Position numbers and translations under genes: made by a program. The notes below the pieces were generated by a model. The model was not told where the DNA came from and made no database searches. It saw nothing but the letters and a program-made list of their open reading frames with translations. From an uncultured Gammaproteobacteria bacterium (GTDB lineage: Bacteria > Patescibacteriota > Microgenomatia > CAZETR01 > Amesbacteraceae), in contig CAZFGX010000001.1 in NCBI GenBank assembly GCA_964518565.1, forward strand, positions 588,470-652,469: DNA of 64,000 nucleotides, given 5' to 3'. Shown piece by piece: positions 56,010-64,000 of the stretch; within the stretch, counting starts at the first letter, position 1, and the number at the start of each line of letters is the position of its first letter.

Positions 56010-56129
56010 TTACAAAGAGTTGGTATAAATCGCTACGAATATTGTCACAGTAATGGCCAAAATTATTGCAATCAAAACCAACAATTCCACGACGGCAATA
56101 CCAGAATATTTTTTAAAACTAAAAAACAT
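56010..56129 (-). CDS. 39-aa type IV pilin-like peptide
   Basis: MFFSFKKYSG|IAVVELLVLIAIILAI: class III signal with Glu at +5. Confidence 0.55.
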   Translation of the reverse strand: MFFSFKKYSGIAVVELLVLIAIILAITVTIFVAIYTNSL

Positions 56130-56222
56130 ATTTCTAATTATGAATAGTAGAAAAAAACTTTTCAACACCAAAAAACAACGCAAACAGCTCAAATCCCGAC
56201 GACAACAGTATATACTATACAT

Positions 56223-56873
56223 ATGCGTATCTTTGCCGCCATCATTGCGTTTTTTACCTCATTGTTTCAGCCTACTAAACCAAACATTGTTTTAGATGCA
56301 CTTCCTACCCCTACAGAAATAATTTCGATATCCAAAATCAACCTTTCCTCACCGTCACCAACATTGCCAAAAGCAAAACAAGCAATTCAACCAACCACCA
56401 GGCCAACAAATTCGATTTCAGCTACTTCTAGCCCAGCTACATCTACCCGAGTCACTCCTACCGCAATTCCGACCGCAGTTCAAACTCAATCATTCACCCC
56501 TACCACTACTCCAATACCCCAACCTACCTACACCACAGCTACATCATGTAGCAGTGTCACAATCAGCGGCGCATCGTATGGTGGCAATCAATATGGCAAA
56601 GAAATCTACTACACCAATAGCAGCAGTACCATTACCATCACCGCCAATACCACACCACCAAACGGTAAGGTGGCCTGGAAAGTTGCTTCATTTTCAAACC
56701 AACTACCAAATGGTGGTAGCTTTTCAGCTACAAACCAACCTACCACTACCTACACGGCACCTCCCAACAATTCAGGTTCAGACCAGGGTGTAGAAATCCG
56801 TGGAGACATTTCCGAATATCCTGGTCCCTGGCTATACTGTCCACCGTTTACTCTGGCCATTCATACCAATTAA
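56223..56873 (+). CDS. Secreted Ser/Thr/Pro-rich protein with Ig-like C-terminus
   Basis: Hydrophobic N-terminus, PT linker, W...GG.FS...TTYTAP. Confidence 0.7.
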   Translation: MRIFAAIIAFFTSLFQPTKPNIVLDALPTPTEIISISKINLSSPSPTLPKAKQAIQPTTRPTNSISATSSPATSTRVTPTAIPTAVQTQSFTPTTTPIPQPTYTTATSCSSVTISGASYGGNQYGKEIYYTNSSSTITITANTTPPNGKVAWKVASFSNQLPNGGSFSATNQPTTTYTAPPNNSGSDQGVEIRGDISEYPGPWLYCPPFTLAIHTN

Positions 56874-56877
56874 TATC

Positions 56878-57282
56878 ATGGCCATACATCTTCCTTTTAC
56901 TATTGGTACTTCTCCCGATTTAAACATTCGCGGAATCATTGCCTCTGAACCAATCAAAAAAAATCAAATCATCGAACGTTGTCCCATTATCATGGTCAGC
57001 AAAAAAGAAGAGCCCGCCCTCAAACAAACTGTTTTATGGAAATATTATTATGAATGGAATCGCAATTTTCATTGTATCTGCCTCGGATACGGCAGTCTAA
57101 TAAACCATTCATACACACCCAACGCCCGCTATGCATTCAATACCAAAACCCGCGAACTTATCTTCAAAGCCCTTCGCCCAATTCATCCTGGAGAAGAAAT
57201 CACCGTCAATTACAACTATGTACCTGATTCCAAAGATCCCGTCAATCCTGAACTGATAGACTACAATTCTCACATGAGCTAA
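56878..57282 (+). CDS. SET-domain protein (lysine methyltransferase-like)
   Basis: RGIIA, SLINHSYTPN, ALRPIHPGEEITVNY. Confidence 0.92.
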   Translation: MAIHLPFTIGTSPDLNIRGIIASEPIKKNQIIERCPIIMVSKKEEPALKQTVLWKYYYEWNRNFHCICLGYGSLINHSYTPNARYAFNTKTRELIFKALRPIHPGEEITVNYNYVPDSKDPVNPELIDYNSHMS

Positions 57283-58502
57283 GTGGGCATTCCCCATAGT
57301 TCAAACATTTTTTCCAATCCTTCAGGCAACGGTGGCACAATCCAGGCCTTTGTCCTATCTAGTTGTTCTCGTTGATGCTTTACATACGAATATGCTCGCT
57401 CCAATCGTTTTGTATCCACCGACAATCGCACTTGATTGTCATCCCAGCTCAACAAACCTGACCCCACCAACGCCTCATAACACATGGTACTCGAATTCAC
57501 ATACGCCTTCATAGCCGGCGAAGAAAAATCAAAAAATACGTCTTTGTGATAGGCAACAGCCAAGGATGCAATAATTTTTTTTCTTTCTAGGGGATTGGAT
57601 ATTGCCCAATTTAAAAGAATCTCTAGAGTATTTGCATCTGGTCCAGATTCAGAATAAATTTTTTTTATTTTGGGATAATAATGATGTGCTTGTTCATGCA
57701 AAACATAAATCAGTGACTGATACCAACCCGCATCATTTTTAGTCTCACCGAGTTGTTCAAAAATTTGCCCAGCAAGCGGCAATTCTTTAATAGCTTGTGG
57801 AAACAAATAAAAAGTATTTGCCTCAGAAAATGCTTGGCCACAGGAAACAGATCCTACACCCCATCCACCTGCTGCCAATACCTGCAATATCATTGGCCGT
57901 TTATGCAGTCCTCGCCTAAATCGGGGATGCAAATCCTGGACTCGCTGGCGCCAAGGTCCAAATTGCTGTTCCAATGCATGATCTGGCATTGCCAAATACA
58001 CTTCAGGCTCTGCTTGACCAATATTGGAGTCAGTAGCACCAATCACCATCAGTAATGGCAAGTCAGGATTATTGATATAAAAATCATACATACAGTGTTC
58101 CAATTCAGTATTCAATTCCACCAACTCAGCCCGACTAGTCACTTCAAACAAACAGCTCGTTCGTTGCAAAATTGGTCGATAAACACTTGGTAACTCTTTC
58201 AAATCTTGCTTTATTTGACCTTGTATCCTGCCAACAATTTCTGGCGCCACATCTTTCGCAGCCAAAAAAGAGCTCGCTCGTCCGCGTTCCAGCTGACAAA
58301 CAAACAATTCCGATATCGGCTTCATCAGTCGCCCCAGATGTCTGACGGCCAGACTCTCTGCATTTTTTTCTATACGCTCTTGTCGCTTGTCCACCAAGTG
58401 TAAACGGCTACGCACATACTCAGCCGCATCTTTTGTAGTCGCTTGATAAAAAATCCCTCCACCCAACGCCTCAGAATCAAAAAATGGGATTTCCCCTTTC
58501 AT
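57279..58502 (-). CDS. Hypothetical protein with HExxH zinc motif
   Basis: YVLHEQAHH followed by a downstream Glu (LE). Confidence 0.6.
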   Translation of the reverse strand: MKGEIPFFDSEALGGGIFYQATTKDAAEYVRSRLHLVDKRQERIEKNAESLAVRHLGRLMKPISELFVCQLERGRASSFLAAKDVAPEIVGRIQGQIKQDLKELPSVYRPILQRTSCLFEVTSRAELVELNTELEHCMYDFYINNPDLPLLMVIGATDSNIGQAEPEVYLAMPDHALEQQFGPWRQRVQDLHPRFRRGLHKRPMILQVLAAGGWGVGSVSCGQAFSEANTFYLFPQAIKELPLAGQIFEQLGETKNDAGWYQSLIYVLHEQAHHYYPKIKKIYSESGPDANTLEILLNWAISNPLERKKIIASLAVAYHKDVFFDFSSPAMKAYVNSSTMCYEALVGSGLLSWDDNQVRLSVDTKRLERAYSYVKHQREQLDRTKAWIVPPLPEGLEKMFELWGMPT

Positions 58503-58524
58503 ATCTACCCGTTATACTACATAT

Positions 58525-59184
58525 GTGAGCAGTCGTTTGCACAAATTTCAATCAAAAATGCTTCGCGACACTGCCATGGTCATCCTTGCTTTAGTCAGCG
58601 TATTTCTGATTATTTTTGAAGTCTTATCCACTCTTGGCTTTAGCGCATATCACTCCATCGGCTGGATCGACCTAATTATCTCCGGCTTATTTCTAGGAGA
58701 CTTTTTTCTCCATCTCCACAACTCTCCAGACAAACAGCGTTTTTGGCGTAGGCACTGGTGGGAGCTCCTTGCCGCCATTCCATTTGTCCTGCCTATTTCG
58801 CCCACAATTCTTCGTTTTTTACGCATTGTCCGTTTTATCATCCGGCTCAAAATTCTGATCGAAGCCTCGACTGAATACGCCAAAAATTCCTATGCTATTT
58901 ATATCGTTAATATCGTCTTAATTATTATTTTCTCTGGTGCAGCCGGATTTCATTATTTTGAATTTGGCACCAATCCCAATGTCCACTCATATTGGGACAG
59001 TATTTGGTGGGCCATTGTTACTAGTACAACCATTGGGTATGGCGACATTTTCCCAGTCACCACTGGTGGGCGAGTGGTCGCAATTGGGGTCATGTTTTTT
59101 GGCATTGCCAGTTTAGGAACATTTATTGCCTCAATAAATTCTTATTTCCTCAATCGCCGCATCAAGCGATTGAAAAAACGGTAA
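58525..59184 (+). CDS. Voltage-gated-type potassium channel
   Basis: S4-like LRFLRIVRFIIRL; WWAIVTSTTIGYGDIFP. Confidence 0.95.
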   Translation: MSSRLHKFQSKMLRDTAMVILALVSVFLIIFEVLSTLGFSAYHSIGWIDLIISGLFLGDFFLHLHNSPDKQRFWRRHWWELLAAIPFVLPISPTILRFLRIVRFIIRLKILIEASTEYAKNSYAIYIVNIVLIIIFSGAAGFHYFEFGTNPNVHSYWDSIWWAIVTSTTIGYGDIFPVTTGGRVVAIGVMFFGIASLGTFIASINSYFLNRRIKRLKKR

Positions 59185-59204
59185 TTGCTGCCTATACTAC
59201 ATCT

Positions 59205-59681
59205 ATGGCCAAGACTCTGATACCCCAATTGTCATTGGCAGCTGGAGTCGTAGTAATTATCGCTTCAACCCTTATTATCACTTCCCATACATCTACCAGT
59301 CCCAAGCCAGCATTCGCCGCCAAAAACCCAAACCAGACTCCTACACCCAAATTACCAAAATTCTCTGACTTTGTTCCTGGAAAAATGTTCCAAGACCTAA
59401 AAGTTGTCAGCGTGTCCCCAAACTCACCAATAAATACCGTTACATTTAAAGGCCACCTGACTCTCGAGGGAGTAGTAGATGACAAAAATTGTCTCACCCA
59501 GCTAACCGCTTCTTCCTCTGCCCAACTACCACAAATCTCTCACAATAATCATCCCAAAATTTGTTTTAAAATTCCTCTCCCGATTACCAAAAATCTACCC
59601 ACAAAAATTCGAGTCGACAATCTCGGCGCCAACCAATCAAATGGCGACTATCAAGCTACTTTCATCTCAGTAGTAAAATAG
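59205..59681 (+). CDS. Membrane-anchored hypothetical protein
   Basis: N-terminal TM; TATACT 6 nt upstream. Confidence 0.65.
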   Translation: MAKTLIPQLSLAAGVVVIIASTLIITSHTSTSPKPAFAAKNPNQTPTPKLPKFSDFVPGKMFQDLKVVSVSPNSPINTVTFKGHLTLEGVVDDKNCLTQLTASSSAQLPQISHNNHPKICFKIPLPITKNLPTKIRVDNLGANQSNGDYQATFISVVK

Positions 59682-59685
59682 ATAC

Positions 59686-60240
59686 ATGACTAAATCCTCA
59701 TGGACTCCAAAATACCCCCGCACTGGATTTGCCGTTATGTTAGTCATTGCCAAATCTCGATCCAAAAAACGCACCCTTTACCCCTTACGCAGATTTTGTA
59801 AAAGCGAAAAAGAAATTGATAGATATATAAATGAAATCAACAAAGCATTTCAGGAAGAAAAAACCGGCCACCACATAAAATCTGTTTATGTGGCAGACTT
59901 ACGCTTCTCCAAAAATTGGGAACTTTTACCCGAATATTGGCAACAACCAGGGGAGGGATTTGACCAAGGATTACGCGATAAATTATTTGTCGACTTTTTA
60001 GACGAATTCTCTCTTCGTCAATCCGGCTGGCTCATGCTGATCACTCCAGAAACTAAAATCCGCAACACAGAATTGTATTCTGTCCCCATGCCTTTACGGC
60101 TAATCAAACGGGAATCAGACACTGAAGCATTTATGCGTTATTCAAATTGGCATGTCGATCAAAACGCTACGCACGCCGCAATGTATACAGTGGAAAATCT
60201 AACCCAATACTACCTCAGTCGTAACATTCCACTTCACTAA
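59686..60240 (+). CDS. Hypothetical protein
   Basis: 184-aa ORF; TAAAAT 6 nt upstream. Confidence 0.65.
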   Translation: MTKSSWTPKYPRTGFAVMLVIAKSRSKKRTLYPLRRFCKSEKEIDRYINEINKAFQEEKTGHHIKSVYVADLRFSKNWELLPEYWQQPGEGFDQGLRDKLFVDFLDEFSLRQSGWLMLITPETKIRNTELYSVPMPLRLIKRESDTEAFMRYSNWHVDQNATHAAMYTVENLTQYYLSRNIPLH

Positions 60241-60973
60241 GTAAGTTCGAATATTCCTTACCCGATAAATGCCAACTCCCAGGTCGATAGGGGTGATCCA
60301 AATCATCAATCATCACATATGGCGCATAAGCCAAAAGCGCCACTCCCAAAGTCAAAACATACTTCAACCACCATGAAGAAATAGGTAATACCAAAGACAT
60401 AAACACGATCATAATCACAGCAAAAAATAAAAACATACGCAAAATAATCGGTGTTGTTCTACGACTATAATTCTCTCGCTGCTCTTTCCAATGCATAATC
60501 TTCGCCAATAGATCGTATGCAATCTGGGCTGTTCGTGAATTTTTATTTTGATCCTCTAGTGTATAAATCGCATCTTCAAGCCGCATCAACGCTTTATGGG
60601 TCATTTCAGCAGATGGTCCATGACCATGCTGCCAACCTGAATGCACCAGTGCCTGTAAATATCCCTTCATTTCTTCTCTTATTAATCCATGCAAACGCAA
60701 AGGCAAGTGTCTAGCTAACAAATGCAGCTGTTTCAAGGCATTTATTTCTCCATGGCTCGCCTCCACCAATCGATCCCACACATTCCATTTACTCTGCACC
60801 ACAAACCCCGACAATACACTAAAAATAAACCCAGCCATCGAATATAGCCCCACAACTACCAAGATATCTCGCTCACTCAAAAAGTGAAACACGGGAACAC
60901 TGCCTATCAACCAAAACAAAAATGTATAAACAACCAAAAAAATACTCAACAACAAAGCGACGCGATTGGGCAT
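60215..60973 (-). CDS. DUF4239/bestrophin-like membrane protein
   Basis: FVV..W......E..AL, IDDLDHPY pattern; 4 TMs. Confidence 0.7.
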   Translation of the reverse strand: MPNRVALLLSIFLVVYTFLFWLIGSVPVFHFLSERDILVVVGLYSMAGFIFSVLSGFVVQSKWNVWDRLVEASHGEINALKQLHLLARHLPLRLHGLIREEMKGYLQALVHSGWQHGHGPSAEMTHKALMRLEDAIYTLEDQNKNSRTAQIAYDLLAKIMHWKEQRENYSRRTTPIILRMFLFFAVIMIVFMSLVLPISSWWLKYVLTLGVALLAYAPYVMIDDLDHPYRPGSWHLSGKEYSNLLSEVECYD

Positions 60974-60977
60974 AAAA

Positions 60978-62315
60978 TTATTGTATCACTCGAATCAGTA
61001 GTTTATCTCTATCTTTTGCCAAGATTTCATACTGACGAGGGGAGAGACCAGATCCCAACAGTCTCCAGTCACGAGTGATCAACAAAAACGGTTTAGGTTC
61101 TTGTTTAACCAAATCCGCCAAGCTCGGCAACACCTTGATCACTTTTTTGTTTGAATAAAAAACTACTGCCGGCACCGAATCATCGTCCAAATACAAAATT
61201 CCCGGGTATCCAGCTGCTTTTTGCGCCAATATTTGTTCATCTGATATATAACGCTGCGTATCCACAAACTCTGTCCAATTTCGTACCATCAACCCTATAC
61301 CAATCATTCCAGCAAAACCCAACACCAAGCCAAGCCTTACGAATTTAAAGGGGACAAAGCTGGCTATCCAAATCAAAAATCCAAACAAGGCCAAGTGAAC
61401 AAATGGATACGCTGGAATCATATGCCATATCTGTCCACGCGATGAAAATAAAAAGGGCAACATAATGGATACTGCTGCCACCACAGGTACGAAATACGCC
61501 CGTTTAAATCTGACCAGACTTCCGACCATACCCAGCATGCCATACCAAAACCACTTTCCAAATCCGTTGTAAAAAAAGGTTTTTACCTGAGCTAAATTTG
61601 GCAAAAATTCAAACCTCTGTCCCACACCCGGAAGTCCAATAGAAAAATATCTAGTCAAAAATATTTCCGAAGCTGCCATATTTGCCTGCACCCATAGCCC
61701 AAGAGGGAACAATACTAATATTACTCCCAACAATATCTCCCACCATCTATATATAGAAACTCCCCAAAATATAATTACTAGCACCGGAAAAACCGTCAAT
61801 GGTACCATTGTCTTTGTCAAAAGCAGACTCACCAGCATGAGTAAAAACGGCCAAACATAGACCCGATTTGTCCTGGCCTTCCAAGCAAAATAAATAGTCG
61901 TCACGAAAAAAAATGTCAAAAATATATCCAAATTTCCTGTCCGCGACCGATACAAAAACCAAGGCGATGTGGCCAAAGAAAATGCAGCACAAAATCCAGC
62001 CAATTTATTGTAGAGCGCTTTTCCCAACAAGTAGACAAACCATACAGTCAACAAACCAACTACACTAGACAATATGCGCGAACCAAATTCATTTGCACCA
62101 AAAATTTTTTGTCCCAAAGCAATCAGCCAAAATCCCATTGGGGGATGATCAGTAAATACCGCCTGATTAAAATGCATTACCCATAAATCCTTACCCAACA
62201 ATATTTGCTTGGCGATCTCTGCATACCACGCCTCATCCCAACTGACCAGCGACATTTGCCCCAACTTAAACAAAAACCAAGGGGAGACAGCAAATACCAA
62301 CAAAATTCCTAACAT
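60978..62315 (-). CDS. ArnT/PMT-family (GT83/GT39) glycosyltransferase
   Basis: WDEAWYAEIAK, DHPP, FG.NEF..R, R...LD, LLTK. Confidence 0.88.
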   Translation of the reverse strand: MLGILLVFAVSPWFLFKLGQMSLVSWDEAWYAEIAKQILLGKDLWVMHFNQAVFTDHPPMGFWLIALGQKIFGANEFGSRILSSVVGLLTVWFVYLLGKALYNKLAGFCAAFSLATSPWFLYRSRTGNLDIFLTFFFVTTIYFAWKARTNRVYVWPFLLMLVSLLLTKTMVPLTVFPVLVIIFWGVSIYRWWEILLGVILVLFPLGLWVQANMAASEIFLTRYFSIGLPGVGQRFEFLPNLAQVKTFFYNGFGKWFWYGMLGMVGSLVRFKRAYFVPVVAAVSIMLPFLFSSRGQIWHMIPAYPFVHLALFGFLIWIASFVPFKFVRLGLVLGFAGMIGIGLMVRNWTEFVDTQRYISDEQILAQKAAGYPGILYLDDDSVPAVVFYSNKKVIKVLPSLADLVKQEPKPFLLITRDWRLLGSGLSPRQYEILAKDRDKLLIRVIQ

Positions 62316-62371
62316 GAGTTATCAAATTCTATACTCTTGACAACATTTTTCAAACAGTTCATAAATAGGGT

Positions 62372-63277
62372 ATGGCACGTCTGCCCGCGATGCTACTAGT
62401 AGGGACTTCATTCATCGCTGCCACCTCCACCGCATTTGCCGCCACAGACCATCTAGTTATATCTGAAATTCAAACACGTAGCGTAGCCAACGCTGACGAT
62501 GAATTCGTCGAGCTATACAATCCCACTTCAAGTCCTGTAGTCATTGACGGGCTTCGTCTACGTTTAGGCGCCAGTTCAAACCTTATCGATTCAATGAACG
62601 GCACAATTCCTGCTCATGGATTTTATTTAGTCAGCAAACCTGGTGCAAATCTACCTATAGCTTCCGATGCCACATATTCAGCTTCTTCTTCAGCTATTAC
62701 CAGCAGTAGCACCATCACCTTACTCGACACAGATCATGCCACCATCATCGATAGAGTAGGGCTAGGTACTGCCACACTATTTGAAACTGCATCAGCTGCT
62801 ACGCCATCGGCAGGAGGAAGTATTGAGCGCAAAGCCAAATCCACATCTACACCTACATCTATGCAAAGTGGAGGAGTAGACGAATTCGAAGGCAATGGGG
62901 AAGACACCGACAACAATGCCTCAGATTTTAATATCCGAGATATTTCAAATCCCCAAAACGCTACTTCCACAATAGAACCAACCGTGGCCATTCCGACACC
63001 TACAGCTACGCCTACATCAACCCCAATCCCAACACCAACTTCTACACCCACACCAACTATGACTCCGGCGCCCACAGCTACGCCTACACCCACAACGACT
63101 CCCATACCAACAATAGCTCCCACCATGACGCCCACAGCCACACCCACACCACCAGCTCCACCTAGCACATTTTTCCCCAAGCCCATTCTCAAATGCACAG
63201 TTACCTATATACCTCACGAAATGTTTGGCACTACAATTTATTTCCCCAGACTTCATTGTGAAGTCGTCAGGCTGTAG
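62372..63277 (+). CDS. Secreted lamin-tail-domain protein with PT repeat
   Basis: LVISEIQ, EFVELYNPT, SIER, DTDNNASDF; long PT tract. Confidence 0.88.
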   Translation: MARLPAMLLVGTSFIAATSTAFAATDHLVISEIQTRSVANADDEFVELYNPTSSPVVIDGLRLRLGASSNLIDSMNGTIPAHGFYLVSKPGANLPIASDATYSASSSAITSSSTITLLDTDHATIIDRVGLGTATLFETASAATPSAGGSIERKAKSTSTPTSMQSGGVDEFEGNGEDTDNNASDFNIRDISNPQNATSTIEPTVAIPTPTATPTSTPIPTPTSTPTPTMTPAPTATPTPTTTPIPTIAPTMTPTATPTPPAPPSTFFPKPILKCTVTYIPHEMFGTTIYFPRLHCEVVRL

Positions 63278-63724
63278 GGGAGAGACCTCTATCTTCAATA
63301 AAAAAAATTTATTAGTCTATATATATTGTCACCAAAACAATATCTACTCCAAAAAAAATAAAATTTTTTTAATGTATAAAGGCTTTTTCAATACTCAATA
63401 AAAAAACCAAGTTATCAACACTCACCCGGCTCCGCTAATTTTTCACACTCACCTGCCAAAATGATATAGTTTGATATCCTCTAGCAAAATTATCTCAGAC
63501 TCCCCTTTGCTAATCTTTTTTTACTATATATTCATTTGTATACCAAAAAAAATTCTCATTCCGTGAAAACTTTTTTTCACAAAACAATACTACAAAAAAA
63601 TAAATTTCAAATGACTAACTAACCATGATTTTAATTTACGGCCGTTTAAACGCCTTTTATCGCCTCGGTATTTTAGCCTCACAGAGCCGATAGACCGCCT
63701 CAAATAGCGGTCTACCAAAAAAAT

Positions 63725-64000
63725 CTACTGTACCAATACAGCTTGCGCTGCTTTTGCACATTCCAAATCCTGACTCACATCCATAGAACCTCCGACACCA
63801 ATTCCACCAACCAATACATTATTTATCTGCACTGGCACACCACCAGCAATAGTCGTCAGCTCACCAGCAAACAACGAATTAATATCATGATAAGGTTTTC
63901 CTTCAGCTGCATATGGAGCCATATCAGCAGTCGCCATACCCAAAGTTCCAGACGTATACGCCTTTGCAAAGGCAAAACGTGGACTAATCGTCAATGCACC
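63725..64000 (-). CDS. GlcG/HbpS-family heme-binding protein (5' end outside the window)
   Basis: AKAYTS, GGVPV...LVGGIGVGG...DLECAKAA. Confidence 0.88.
   Translation of the reverse strand, partial: GALTISPRFAFAKAYTSGTLGMATADMAPYAAEGKPYHDINSLFAGELTTIAGGVPVQINNVLVGGIGVGGSMDVSQDLECAKAAQAVLVQ

Noticed and set aside
62734-63198. 154-aa antisense ORF rich in GV repeats
   Set aside because: Mirror of the Pro/Thr linker of the lamin-tail protein on the + strand.
1-64000. Alternative genetic code (UGA recoding as in Gracilibacteria/Absconditabacteria)
   Set aside because: Conserved genes are full length under code 11 and several (galU, rpsB, def) end in TGA.

Overview
A 64-kb chromosomal segment from a small-genome bacterium, most likely Patescibacteria/CPR (Microgenomates-like, genetic code 11). 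This placement is inferred from the reduced gene clusters, short EF-Ts, membrane-anchored Clp ATPase and many PT-linker surface proteins. Housekeeping genes include tgt, galU, queA, rseP-frr-tsf-rpsB, folD, glyA, tmk, gmd, topA, pbp2-mreB, def, fmt, rpmB and rpmG. There are four intact tRNAs (Thr-TGT, Tyr-GTA, Thr-GGT, Trp-CCA) and a probable 6S RNA. Four patterns stand out. (1) Most genes look leaderless, with a TAnnnT -10 box about 6 nt before the start codon. In contrast, six accessory units have long leaders with an rRNA-operon-like boxA element (usually after a hairpin) and Shine-Dalgarno sites. Two of these units also have a co-varying 12-13 bp leader/trailer complementarity. (2) An operon encodes five paralogous winged-helix-like proteins, two of them tail-anchored. 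(3) A nine-gene translationally coupled SPFH membrane operon has no other recognisable product. (4) A GIY-YIG nuclease element splits the native tRNA-Trp and carries a replacement tRNA-Trp. All calls were made by eye from the sequence and ORF track; no searches were run.
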